This document shows, one piece after another, positions 1-12,293 of a stretch of 64,000 nucleotides of DNA. This stretch comes from Mytilus californianus. Its lineage: Eukaryota. The position numbers were made by a program, and so were the translations under genes. The stretch covers positions 5,828,001 to 5,892,000 of the forward strand of contig NW_026262670.1 of assembly GCF_021869535.1 (NCBI RefSeq), given 5' to 3'. The stretch's first letter is position 1. Each line of letters starts with the position of its first letter. The notes beneath the pieces are model-generated. The model did not search any database. It had not been told where the DNA came from and worked only from the letters and a program-made list of their open reading frames with translations.

Positions 1-184
1 TTGGCATTGCACAGGGTCATGTTGTTTTCAAACTGTTAATGACGTACTTACACTAAATCCATTTGATGTTGGATGTGTACTGATTAATATTTAAGTCTTA
101 AATACATCTTTTTGTCTTAGTTCATTTTGGCTATGAATTAGTTGTCAGTAACTTAGAGTCGTCTCAGAAATGTACGTTGTGTCC

Positions 185-288
185 TTTTTGTAGAGATGAT
201 GGATGGTTAAATTCCTTTCCACGTCCGATCTGTGTTTTTGTTGGTAAAGCCCATTTCAACTGATAAATATAGTTTGTTCTCATGTTGT
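185..288 (+). repeat. Left part of a dispersed repeat that continues at 7720-7850 after nested insertions
   Basis: ...ttcaactgataaatatagtttgttctcatgttgt (left) joined to tgtactgttttacctttgtcccatgttaagtggaggg (7720 on) matches an uninterrupted paralog at about 42240-42410 (ttcaactgatttttatagtttgttcttatgttgtacagtttaatcactgtccaaggttcggggagg). Confidence 0.7.
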
Positions 289-553
289 TGGTTGCACTTT
301 GTAAATACAGCTGTTTTACAAGCCACGCCTCTTTCGGGGAGATATATAATATTCATAGATATGTTAATTTGTTAACATACTGGTTCCCAGATATGATCTC
401 TGTGTTTCATCTCATAGAGACATAACTTGAGAATGTGACAGTATAGAAAAAAATGGTATCGCCTAAAAATTAATTCTTAGGAGGTCCAAAAGTGAAGGTA
501 AGGGTAGTATAGAATTTTAGTATAAGTTTAAACTCTTAGAAGTTCAGGGCATA

Positions 554-1213
554 TGTTGCGGAGACGATTTGAATTGTGCAGTGGAATAAATTGTTCATAT
601 AAAGTTCGACGATTTGGGATTTGGGAGTTCGACGATAATGTTATACCAATAGCATTATTATATCCATAACATATAACTAACTCGAATGTTTGCTAATAAC
701 TACGTTTTAATCCAATATTTACAATATTTAAAATCATTGCGTATTACAATTTTACAACATTGTTTTCGATGTTAACTTATCGCATGATAAAGACGATCTG
801 TTTACGTCTGAACATTAGACATAAAATTTCACACTAATTTAACCTGGTTCCCAAAGATGACCAAAACAAAGTAATTAAATCGCCACAGCTGCATTTGCAG
901 ACGACTATTATTTGAACTCTAACTGACTAGACTGACCTACTGAAGGTGTCATAAAATTTAGGAATCCCGTTAAGATTAACAATTAACTTTCTACACTGTA
1001 ATAAATTCTTTGGAAAATACTGTTATCTTTAACTAATCTTAAGAGACGATAATAAAACTTTATTTCAACATAATTATATTGAAAATTAACGATGAAAAAT
1101 AAACTTGCAAAAATATAAGTGCAATTAATAAAAAACCAATTTCTACTCTATTAAAAATTATAACTAAAACACAATCATACTAATAAAAACAAAAAAATAT
1201 TGTCTTCAATCCA
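554..1213 (-). repeat. 3' LTR of the BEL element
   Basis: Direct repeat of 6871-7531 with about 12 differences (about 98% identity by eye); starts tgttgcgg, ends caatcca. Confidence 0.97.
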
Positions 1214-1226
1214 TTCTCCCCCTCTT
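1214..1226 (-). promoter_or_regulatory. Polypurine tract
   Basis: Minus strand AAGAGGGGGAGAA directly abuts the 3' LTR. Confidence 0.9.
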
Positions 1227-1363
1227 GATTGCTCTAAGCCAATCAAACAAAACAATAATTAAACGATACAAAACTGTCTCTGATCTTAGTTCAAATTATC
1301 AAATCATTATTTCAAGATATTAAACTGACTAGATTAAAATGAAACTATATGTCCACACTTCAA

Positions 1364-2640
1364 TTATTTATCACTGTCATTTTCGGAGGTTTCGATGTCT
1401 AACGGACACAGTTTTGTTATTGGTCTTATTAATACAGTTTGTCCAAGTGAAACTTTTGCAACTCGAACATGTCCATCTTTTCCGGGGAAAACTTCGAGTA
1501 TTCTACCAAGCGGCCAATGTCCTCTCGGAACGTTCGGATTCATAACAAGCACAATATCATCGGTTTTCATGTCCCTTTTCGTTTTAGTCCACTTGTCACG
1601 CTTGTTTAGTCCCGGCAACCATTCTCTAATCCAACGTTTCCAAAAATGTCTAATTAATTCCTGTATTCTTCTCCAGCGTTTTCTCGGATTAAGATCAGTA
1701 TTATCAACAGTTTCTGGAGCGAAATGACCACCTAATTGTCCGTGTAAGAAGTGGTTCGGTGTTAAAGGTGTATCATCTTTCGGATCGGCTGACTGGTACG
1801 TAAGCGGTCTCGAATTGATCAGCGCTTCAGCTCCGGTAAATGCTGTTAAAAGTTCTTTATCGTTAATGTCTGCATTTCCTAATATTGCATAAATAGCCCT
1901 TTTTGCGGATGTTATCATTGTTTCGTGAATACCACCAAAATGCGGTGCTAGCGGTGGATTAAAATGCCACTTAATCCCTTGGTTACTTATTGAATTCTGT
2001 ATTTTATCATTGTCTAAAAGCGCAACTAGTTCTTTCAGTTCTCTATTTGCTCCAACAAAATTAGTTCCAATGTCTGAAATAAATTTCTTTAGGAAGACCT
2101 CTCCTATTCACCATCCGATAAAATGCGTTTAAAAATGAGTCCATATCTAATCCAAATGCTACTTCCAAGTGCACTGCGCGTGACGCTAAACATGTAAATA
2201 GACATAAGTATCTTTTTCTGACGTCGTTTTCCTCTGCCCTGAACTGTTATGAACGGTCCTCCAAAATCAACTGCTGTACGAGCGAAAGCATGTAACGGTG
2301 TTTTGAAACGAATTTCCGGTAACGGAGCCATAACTTGCTCGGCAACTTTAGCTTTCCTCTTACGACACGTATAACACTCATGTTCATATTCTCTTATTTC
2401 TTCTCTCCCTGAAATAATCCAAAAGCGTGACGATAATGCTGAAAATATTTGATTTGTCCAACTAACATGTTTTCCAAGTTCATGATAGCGTTTCACAATA
2501 AGCTTCGTGTTCCAATGTTTTCGTGGTGATATAATCGGATATCGAGCATCGAATGATAGAAAATCGGCGTACTCTAAACGTCCATCACATCTGATTAATC
2601 CATTTTCATCAATTCGCGGTTGTAATCCTAATAATTTGCT
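1364..2640 (-). pseudogene. BEL integrase (HHCC zinc finger, rve core, DUF5641-like tail), frameshifted
   Basis: HELGKH...[76 protein letters not shown] spread over ORFs 2104-2496 and 1364-1918. Confidence 0.93.
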
Positions 2641-3983
2641 AGTTTTCGGTAAATCTTTATTTTTATCAGAGCGTTATATTCGTCTGAAAATGCCTCTCTT
2701 TGTGCATTTTTAATTATTTCCAGTTCGGTATCTGCATATTCGACGGTAGATATACTTCCTATACGACGTTGTTCTTGCTTTAGTCTGCAATTGTCAATAA
2801 ATCTGTACACATACGCATGTACACGAACTAGTCTTACAAAACTTGAATAACGTACGGGATCTAAACGCCAATCTGAATCACTAGTGTGAATACTTTTCAG
2901 TGTAGTACAGTTAGTTAATTTATGGCTTGTTTTCTTTTGACACTTAAGTTCGGTATCACGTACGTTTACTATCTGAATATTAGTTTCCGGCCATTGAGGT
3001 TCTTCTTCTTGTAGAAATTCCGGTCCATTCCACCAAATTAAGTCCGACTGTAATTGTATAATTTTCCTACCTCTAGATACTAAATCTGCTGGGTTAACTT
3101 TTGTTGGCACATGTCGCCATTGTTTAGGGTGCGATGAAGTGTGAATTTCTCCGATTCGATTCGCTACAAACGGCTTGTACTCTCTACTCCTGCCTCTAAT
3201 CCAATAATACAAAACGTTCATACTGTCTGACCAGAGTGTCATGTTATCCTCAGGTACTTCTAATGCGTGTTTAACTGAAAGTGCTAATCTTAATCCCAAA
3301 ACTGCAGCCATCAACTCAAGTCGTGGAATGCTGACTGAAGTTAACGGAGCAACTCTCGATTTCGCTACTATTAATCTCGTAGATATCGTGCCACTCTTAT
3401 ACTCTTGTCTAGCATATATAACTGAACCATAAGCCTCTTGAGAAGCGTCGCTGAATGTGTGAAGACTCGTTGAAACAATGTCATCGTCTAACTGCAAACA
3501 TCTCGGAATTTTAATACAACATAGTTCATCAAGTTCACGGAACCACTCTCTTGATTTGTCAACAAGTATTTCGTCTAACTGGTCGTCCCAGTCTAGTCCT
3601 GCTGTCCAAATGTCTTGTAGTAGTAGTTTTCCTCTTATTGTGTACGGCGCAATAAATCCCAACGGGTCGAATAACGTAGCAACTTTGCTTAGAATGTTTC
3701 GTTTAGTAAATTTGAAATCATCTGCCGGTGGGTTAGCTTTAAACTTGAATATGTCATTGTCTGCCTGCCATATAACTCCTTGAGTTTTCACGGACGGTAA
3801 ATATCCCTCATCGAGGTCGACTTGTGACGCACGATCTTCTTCTGGAATACATTGCAAATCTGACTTTGAATTCGATAGCCGTTTCCGTGCATACATCCCT
3901 GCTTTTTCCCATAACTGTGATAGCTGATTATAAAGTTCGATGCCTTGTTCATCGTTGGTTACAGAGTCCATACTGTCGTCCAT
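2628..3983 (-). pseudogene. BEL RT C-terminal part, connection and Pao-type RNase H
   Basis: ORF starts inside the catalytic (STY)MDD; contains TKRNILSKVATLFDPLGF, HTFSDASQEAYG, SIPRLELMAA, WSDSMNVL, NPADLVSRG. Confidence 0.95.
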
Positions 3984-3994
3984 GTATGTAGATT

Positions 3995-4513
3995 TTAAAA
4001 CTGTTTCGGCGGCTCGCGGATTAAATCTTTCGTCATTTCGGCATGTTTTCTAGAAACAAACTGAGCTTGAAATGGAGACGAATTTACTCCAAAAACAACA
4101 CTATTGAATTCATATTCCTCTTGTACATGTTCAGTTTTCATTGCGCGCAATAAAAATCTGTGAAACGGTCTGTCGTCTGGTGCAATTTTAATTCTCAAAT
4201 ACATTTCGGCTATGTCACAAACAAGTGCAACTGGATTCTTTCTAAAGCGTAATAGTACATCAAATACAATCCTCGTTTTAGTAGTTTCCTTGTCCGGTCT
4301 AATCACCGGAAAATGCGGCAAATACCATTTTCCTGCTACGGTCTCCTCCTTTGCCGACACTTTTCGAACATATCCCTTTTCAATGTATTTCTCTATGATT
4401 TTTGTGTAATCTTTTGCAATACTTGGGTCTTTCTTTAATCTTTTTTCTGTGTTTTCTAATCTATGAAAGCCATGTTGAAATTGTTCGGTAACAATGGTGT
4501 GTCGTCTTTCCAC
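3995..4513 (-). pseudogene. BEL reverse transcriptase N-terminal part
   Basis: WYLPHFPVIRPDKETTKTRIVFD, CDIAEMYLRI, VVFGVNSSPFQA motifs. Confidence 0.93.
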
Positions 4514-5340
4514 AGTATTTTAACTTCGTAGTGTCCGTCCTTAAATTCCAAAGATTGCTCTACAATAGACAATGCTTTTCGCTCATCACTGTTTAGAAAT
4601 ACGTTTTCGCTTGGTGTTTTGACATTTTCAATTTCCCAAAACTTCCAAACAATGTTATCTAAATCATTTCGATTCTCTTGTCCACGAGCAAAATACGTTC
4701 GGTTAAATAGTGTCTGCTCCTGTACGCTATTCGCATCTCCGATACACGTCCAACCTAACGGTGTTAGTCTAGCAATTGGTTCTCCAAGTTTACCACGAAT
4801 AGCTCTATAAGAATAATTTAGATCCGGATAGTCCAGCCCGATCAACATATCAACGGTAGGTCTTTGTCCTAGATTCGGAAATTTAATCCCTACAAGATGC
4901 TCCCATTTCCGAGCGTGTTGTTTCCAATCAACTGGTTGTAAACTTCCGGTTACACGGTTAGTAGTGAATGCGACTATATTGGCGTCTGTCTGACCATTAT
5001 GACTTTGAAGTCTAACCTCGACTGGCATAGTTTCAAATGTTTCGACATTGTCATTTAACACATTAACTGTCACTTTCTGAACTTGTCCTTGAAGTCCCAA
5101 TTCAGCGGCAACATCAGCGTTGATATACGTTTTCGTACTTGCGTCATCCAGTAATGCATTTACGCTTACGGTACGGTTACCATATTTAAATATTACGGGT
5201 ACTGTTCTAAGCGTGACGAAGTTTGATTTTCTGTCTCGGCCGATCATTGTGCGATTCTGACTCTCCCCCATAGTGGCGGCGGCTGTATCTTCCTTCATTT
5301 CAGTAGCATAGTTCTGTTTTGTTTTCGATTCGGTTTTCAC
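4456..5340 (-). pseudogene. BEL aspartic protease region
   Basis: LRTVPV...NALLDDASTKTYI, VDMLIGLDY, PIARLTPLGWTCIG, KFWEIE: typical BEL protease and downstream linker. Confidence 0.9.
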
Positions 5341-6762
5341 TAGAACTTTAGGCTCACTGAACGATTGCTGTGCACTTCTTTGCCTAAGTTACACGCTCGT
5401 CTTCTCGGACACTGTCTGCCAACGTGATCAAGTCCTAAGCAACGATAACACAACTGAAGTCGTTTTGCGGTATCCCATCTCTTGTGAACGGTTAATTTCC
5501 GAAATTCATCGCACCTCCAGACTCCATGATGACCGTAACAACACTTGCACAAATGTTTTATTGATTCCCTTTTTCCGATGTGGTCCTCATTTTGCGATTC
5601 TCCAAAAAATGTTCTAAATCCATCCCTACGATTTCCCTTATAATTCCGCTGTGAATTGCTACTAGTGTTCGCACTTAATCCATGTATTGTTTCTGATGCT
5701 ATAGTTTGAAACTCTGACTCTTGTAAAATCCACTCCCGTAAACATTCAACTGATTCTATTTTTCCGTTTCAAATATCCAACGATGGTTCCTCGACAACAT
5801 CGATTCTGTCATCTTTCGCTGCAATTTGTTGTACAAAGAACCATTCTTTAACTCCTCAAAACGACCTGCTTCTTTCAAGTTCACAACTGCTATATCCAGT
5901 AAATCTGCAAAATTTTCTATGTCTTTTGCGAATCCTTCTCTCATAGGTTTAAAGTTTTCAAGTTATTCGATATACAATGTTATTTGTCTTCTTGGTCCTC
6001 CATACTTTCTTTCTAAACGCTCCTTTGCAGCATCGTAAGCAACTGCTGAATGTCCTAAATTTTCTATAACTTGCAAAGCTTCACCTTCCACATATTGTCT
6101 CAGTTGCAATAATTTATATTCCTTTGTTGCCGGTGCTTGGTCAATACATGCTAAGAATGCAGCTTTCCAGCTCTAATAGTTCCTTTTATTTCCTGTGAAA
6201 ACCAGTATTGAAACTCTGTCAACTGTTTCCACATATCCTGTCCTAATTCTGAACTATATTTCGTTTCATTTAATTGCTTGTCGTTATTTTTTTCTTTCGT
6301 AGTTTGTTAAAATTCTGGTTTAACTTCCTTTTCTTTATTTATAGGTTTACTTTCCACTTTATTTCCGGAATTCACATAAGCTCGTTTCGATATTCTCGAT
6401 ACACTAGAACCAACGCTTGACCCAACCTTACTCTCGATCAATTAATCATGACACTCATTTTCTGCGTCCGTAAATTCCTCTTCCATTTTTTCCATCTCTT
6501 TTGTTGTTTTCTTCACATTTAGAATATCATTCTTGAGCTTATATTCATCATAAATATTTCCCATAATATCCATCGCTTTTTCTTCTGCATTTATCAGTTT
6601 CTCTTGAAATACTTTTATTTCTTCACGATCCGGAAAATCTTCAAGAATTTGTAGTAATGAATGTATAGTTTTTGTGAATGCCGATTTTGCTTTGGCTTTT
6701 TCCTTCTTCAGATCTTCTAATTGTAAACTTTAGTCCGGTTTAGCAATAACGGTTTCGTCCAT
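5340..6762 (-). pseudogene. BEL gag with zinc knuckles, multiple stops and frameshifts
   Basis: ATG at 6762 with an in-frame TAA at codon 11; SWKAAFLACIDQAPATKEYKLLQLRQY; CKCCYGHHGVWRC and CYRCLGLDHVGRQC knuckles. Confidence 0.88.
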
Positions 6763-6849
6763 TTTGTCTCCCTCGCTTGCCACTGCTTCTATTTCCAAAT
6801 CCCAATTACTCATTTTATTTCACAAAACGATTACGATTACAGTTCATTG

Positions 6850-6867
6850 AACCACGCTCTGCTACCA
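6850..6867 (-). promoter_or_regulatory. Primer-binding site, probably initiator tRNA-Met
   Basis: TGGTAGCAGAGCGTGGTT 3 nt inside the 5' LTR, complementary to the ...CTCTGCTACCA 3' end of animal tRNA-iMet. Confidence 0.8.
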
Positions 6868-6870
6868 AAA

Positions 6871-7531
6871 TGTTGCGGAGACGATTTGAATTGTGCAGTG
6901 GAATAAATTGTTCATATAAAGTTCGACGATTTGGGATTTGGGAGTTCGACGATAATGTTATACCAATAGCATTATTATATCCATAACATATAACTAACTC
7001 GAATGTTTGCTAATAACTACGTTTTAATCCAATATTTACAATATTTAAAATCATTGCGTATTACAATTTCACAACATTGTTTTCGATGTTAACTTATCGC
7101 ATGATAAAGACGATCTGTTTACGTCTGAACATTAGACATAAAATTTCACACTAATTTAACCTGATTCCCAAAGATGATCAAAACAAAGTAATTAAATCAC
7201 CACAGCTGCATTTGCAGACGACTATTATTTGAACTCTAACTGACTAGACTGACCTACTGAAGGTGTCATAAAATTTAGGAATCCCGTTAAGATTAACAAT
7301 TAACTTTCTACACTGTAATAAATTCTTTGGAAAATACTGTTATCTTTAACTAATCTTAAGAGACGAAAATGAAACTTTATTTCAACATAATTATATTGAA
7401 AATTAACGATGAAAAATAAACTTGCAAAAATATAAGTGCAATTAATAAAAAAACAATTTCTACTCTATTAAAAATCATAACTAAAAAACAATGATACTAA
7501 TAAAAACTAAAAAACTATTGTCTTCAATCCA
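6871..7531 (-). repeat. 5' LTR of the BEL element
   Basis: Direct repeat of 554-1213, followed by TSD gcata. Confidence 0.97.
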
Positions 7532-9249
7532 GCATATAAATGTTGAAAATATGCCGCACAGCCCTATATTTTGACCTTTGAATAAAATAGTAGTGCATAT
7601 CAACTGTCCGTTCTGGGATATAATTTTTCAATATACTTCGTAGTATAAGTGGCACAGTTTTAGCCGCAAAGGGAGTTCCTATGGCAAATTGCATTGTCTA
7701 TTTTTACAGAATTGCAACCTGTACTGTTTTACCTTTGTCCCATGTTAAGTGGAGGGTTTGGTGCCGGTAAACATGTTTAACCCCGCCAAATTATATATGT
7801 GCTTGTCCTAAGTCAGCAGCCTGTAATTGAGTGGTTGTCGTATTTTGCAGTTTTTACGTGTATTGTTTTGCATATTTTGTTCTTGTGTTGTGCCGTTAAA
7901 TCATTGTCCCAGGTTTAGAATGTTTAGGGAGAAATGCGCCTTCAAACATTTGAAGTGTGTCTGTCCCAAGTCAAGAGCCTGTGGTTAAGTGGTATTCGTT
8001 GGTTCTTGTCTGTCATATTTGTTTTTCGTAAATTGTTTTGCTAAAAATTAGGACTTTCATAGCCAACGATTTGGGTTTTTCTCATTATTGAAGGTCGTAC
8101 TGTTGCCTATTATTGATATATCCACTTCATTTCAAATTATGTAAATAGTTGTTTCATTGGCAATTATACCAAATCAATCAAATTAACTAAAATGATTAAA
8201 TCTTGTCACTCTATGGATGAAATGGTAATTCTAAATGTCTTATTTGCTGAAATTAAACAGGATCTTTTGAAGCTTACTATATGATTTAGGTTTTGTTCGT
8301 ATGTCCAAAAGACTGTGTAAATAGATACTTTAAAATAATCCAATCTATATATCATTTTTACTAAACTCATTTTCCTTCATCATGTTGATGTATAAATTTT
8401 CATGAAGACGTCTTTACTTATATTTGCACTATAAATATTCCGACACAGTTCATTAGATATCAAACAAATCAACTGAACTCGAGAGTTTATAGTATTAAAT
8501 TTGATAGAATGAACGGTGTTAAGTCCTTACTCAACTGTTGAATACCTTATAACAATAGAATTCGGAAAGCGTCCTCTGATATTGGGTACGATACACAATA
8601 TAGATGGTTGTTTATATATTCAACATCCTTTCTTTCAGTATTTTGCCAATCAAATTATATCTAGAATTTTGATAATTGTAGCTCTGTGTATTTTGAATTG
8701 AAATCAGTTTTTTTGAAAGAGTGATCTACAAAGTGTAACACACTGAATCAAGATTGATAATGCATGAGAAGGTTATGAAGATCAAAGAATACAAAATAAA
8801 AGTTAATTTTTCCAATAGTCGAGCAAAACTTATATGATTGTTAAATGAGACATTTAGCATATGAAGTTTTGTATCTTGACAGTTATGTTATTCTATATCA
8901 TTTAACAATATTTCTGTCTCTTTATTTTCTTATTGACGTAAGGTAAATGAAAGTATTACCAATTAAAACAACGATTCCAACTGTGCTGCACAAAATCCAA
9001 ATAATGTGTTTTCAGTGATGCTCCCAGCCGAAATATGCGAAAATCGGAAACCTAATACAAACGTTGAATAGTTGATAAAACAAAAAAGGACCAAAAGTTA
9101 AGCTCACCTCAGAAACGGAATCAGCTATGCACGAAGAAGACATTAATTAAGAATAATTCACAGCAAATTTGGATAAAAAAATGTCCTGTTGTTTAATTAT
9201 ACAAAGGTACTGTGTAATGGTCTTATGATACCATCGGGAGTATTCGAAA

Positions 9250-9655
9250 TACCATGAATGTTTTACCCAAGGAATAGATAATCTGAGCTGGCAAATCCTG
9301 GTCCTCAATCTTTTAATGTCGTACTTTGTTTGGCCTTTTTAAATGTTTGAATTGAGCTCACTTATGAGTCTTTTCATGCGTACCAAATTTTAATCTTGGT
9401 ACCTATGATGAGTGTATTTATAACCACTGAGTCGAAGTCACTGCGAGTTTAGGTTTCTTCTACCCCAGGAATACACTACCTTAGCTGTATTTGAAAAAAA
9501 CTTTTTGGAATCGTGTGTTCCTCAATGCTCTTCAACCTCGTACTTCATTTGGCCGTTTTCATTTTTTTGATTCGAGCGTCACTAATGAGTCTTTTGTAGA
9601 CGAAACGCGCGTTTGGCGTGCAAAATTTTAATCCTGGTATCTTTGATGAGATAAT
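9250..9655 (+). mobile_element. Decayed retrozyme-type repeat (about two partial units) with a mutated hammerhead at 9576-9619
   Basis: gcgtca-ctAatga-gtcttttgtagac-gaaa-cgcgcg-tt-tggcgt: HHR fold with G5 changed to A at 9584; flanks homologous to the 354-bp unit. Confidence 0.8.
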
Positions 9656-10427
9656 TCACTTACAAATGACTGACAGAAAGGTTTTAAACTCTTATATAGA
9701 GGATAATAATATTTAATTTTTATCAACTAAGGATAGGTTAGATCGTCGTATAGACTAGCCTTCTGCAGATAATTATGTTAGCATAAAATACCCAGACATT
9801 CAATATATTGACAAAAAATTAAAAAAGTATAATGAAAACATAGCAGTCCGTACCCAAATGAAACATTTTCGTTAAAACTTTGAATAAATCATTTTCAAAC
9901 AAAGCGACACAACTGATAAAGAACAAGATATATTTTGTTTTGTATCTTGATTTGTTTCTTCGTAATAGATTAACCGGATTTGAACATCGGTAAACTACTG
10001 TCGCCTTAATTTATCGCCGTTTTATCTTTATTTATGGTGTAAATTTTGTTGTTTAATCTTTATTTTTCTGTGTTAGGTTTTTCATTGTTGTTTTTTATCT
10101 TTGTTCATGGTGAATTTGTATTGCTTCTCACCTTTGTTTTTAATCGTATGATAAAATTATTAACTTCATGCTGAACATGCAGAACGTACAATTTAAAAGA
10201 TATATGTTAATAACTTTACGACCATACGATTAAACATAATACCCTGTGAAATAATTCAACTAAAACTGCATAGGGTGATGTTACTCCGTTCTTCTTTATT
10301 TCTTAATTTTACACCTTTAACGAAGTTTTATTTAAGCAATACCCATTCGAAGCCACCAGATTTTCCATTTGGTGTCTCCTGCAATGGATAATTGGTAATA
10401 TATTAACCTATTCGAGGCCGATTGAGG

Positions 10428-10443
10428 GAGAGAGAGAGAGAGA
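10428..10443. repeat. (GA)n microsatellite
   Basis: gagagagagagagaga. Confidence 0.9.
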
Positions 10444-10759
10444 TAGGGATAATAAAATTGTAAACAAATAGTCAGCAATTATTTATCGCAATTCCAAGAA
10501 AGTCTTGGCCGGTTGTATTAAACATGAATATCTCGTCACTATTCAAAGAAGCAACCACATCAAACCAAACAAATATAATAATGACATAAAGGAAGAAAAT
10601 CTAAACATAGAAATATGTTAATTTTATCTCAAAATAATAAAAAGGATTCTCGAATTTCAAACCATAAAAAGGTTGGTTAAAAAAGGTGCGGAAGATTAGT
10701 TTTTGCTAAATAGCTATACAAGGTATCCTCCTGAATATGCCGATGTAAAGTTAGAACTA

Positions 10760-10997
10760 TTGTGATCTATTATGATATCTCTTCAGTTCTAACAATATAA
10801 TATAACAACAGTTGCGATAGACCACAGTATCTTGTCGGTAATGGTAACGATGGAAAATCTGAACATCCCAAGAAAGAAATTTTGTGATCTTTTATGATAT
10901 CTCTCCAGTTCGCACCATATAATGCAACAACATGTGCACTAGATTACACTATCTTTTCAGTAACATTAACAATGGAAAACATGAACATCCCAAAAAA
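10760..10997 (+). repeat. Diverged tandem dimer, period about 122 bp
   Basis: ttgtgatct.ttatgatatctct.cagttc ... tggaaaa..tgaacatcccaa occurs at 10760 and 10882. Confidence 0.8.
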
Positions 10998-11524
10998 AAG
11001 TTCAATCACAAGTCAAAGACTCATAATCAGTTAAATCGAAGAGAAGTACCAAAAATTTAAGCTATCAAGGAAACACAAATAATTAAAACAAATTATATGT
11101 CCACATACTCAACACGAACATTTTATATTGATATGTCTTCGAACTTATTTAAAAAGATAATTTTTAAGTATATTTCGCCTGGAAAAGGTATACAGTTTTT
11201 ATTTGTTGTATTTTCTATTTTACTGGTAAAATCAATGCGTCTGTCCTCAGTAAAATCAAAGTTATCTTTCTTTCATCATCTGTATTTGGTCATGTTTTAA
11301 CGTTAACAAGTACTTCTGCATGTTCCTTCTATGTGACATAACAATGATGACAATATAGTGTTGAAATTTAAACTTTTAAAACACAGATAGACTATAAGAA
11401 AAGTATACCTGTGCATGCAAAAATGTATTAGAAAACGCTTCGATAAAATGTTATGTTGTCCATATTTGCTGACAAAATGGATAAATTTTACGATATTTGT
11501 TACACTAAAAAATACCGTACATAT

Positions 11525-12293
11525 ATGAGAGGCTAAAGATACCAAAGGGACATTCAATTTCATGCTAAAAAAGAAAAAAGACCAACAGACAAACAATAGT
11601 ACACAAAACACAACATAGGAAACTAAAGACAGAGCAACACGAACCCCACCAAAACGGGGGGTGATCTCAGGTGCTCTGGAAGAGTAAGCAGATCCTGCTC
11701 CAGATGTGGCACCCGTCGGATTGCTCGTGTTAGTACAAACCCTGTAATGAGTCTAATTCGGTAGGTCACATTCGGGGGAAAAGGGGACGGGATTGTAGAT
11801 ACGACATTTGGAACATATCCGATATACTCTGTGAAACGGATATTCGATAACGGTCAATCAACTCGTGATAGGGTTCGTAAAATTTACGAAGGGATGATTT
11901 CAACTTCACCACTTAGAACTCTTAGGTTAATAGCTTCCTTCAGCAACCCTCTACCAAGGAAATCATGATAGGAAATAAAAGCCCTGGAATATCGTATCAA
12001 CTGGGACATATATACTCCTTATGCAAGCGCTGTTGGAATGTCGCAATGTTGATGTCAAGATATGTGGCAGACTTAACTGTATCTTTGTATCCTTTATCTC
12101 AAGTTCGTTTGGATAGATGCGTTCAATGTAATCACCAAATTTTGAATTATTTAGTGAGAGAATCTCATCTATATAGCGGAAAGTAAAGTGAAAGGATACT
12201 GCTAACTCCTTTTCTTTCTTAAGTTCCTATATGAAGTCAGCCTCATATGAATAAAGGAACAAGTCGGCAAGAAGAGGGGCACAGTTGGTTCCC
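11525..12293 (-). mobile_element. 5'-truncated Penelope-like element (RT core to 3' tail; no GIY-YIG after the RT)
   Basis: GTNCAPLLADLFLYSYEADFI*EL...FTFRYIDEILSLNNSKFGDYIERIYPNELEIKDT...VVKLKSSLRKFY...; internal stop, YIDD changed to YIDE; 3' tail shared with 18230-18675. Confidence 0.85.

Larger units (their letters stand above)
554..7531 (-). mobile_element. Full-length, decayed BEL/Pao LTR retrotransposon
   Basis: Two TG...CA LTRs of 660/661 bp, 5-bp TSD GCATA (549-553, 7532-7536), PBS and PPT. Gag-PR-RT-RNaseH-IN order with Pao-type RNase H (FSDASQEAYG) and a DUF5641-type integrase C-terminus. Confidence 0.97.
290..7719. mobile_element. About 450-bp MITE-like element (TIR ggttgcactt(c)tgtaaa) interrupted by the BEL retrotransposon
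   Basis: Left end ggttgcactttgtaaat (290) is inverted with right end tttacagaattgcaacc (7719). Sequence on both sides of the BEL aligns with an uninterrupted copy at about 59330-59663. Confidence 0.65.

Noticed and set aside
1339-4810. Plus-strand ORFs over the BEL element
   Set aside because: Antisense shadows of pol.
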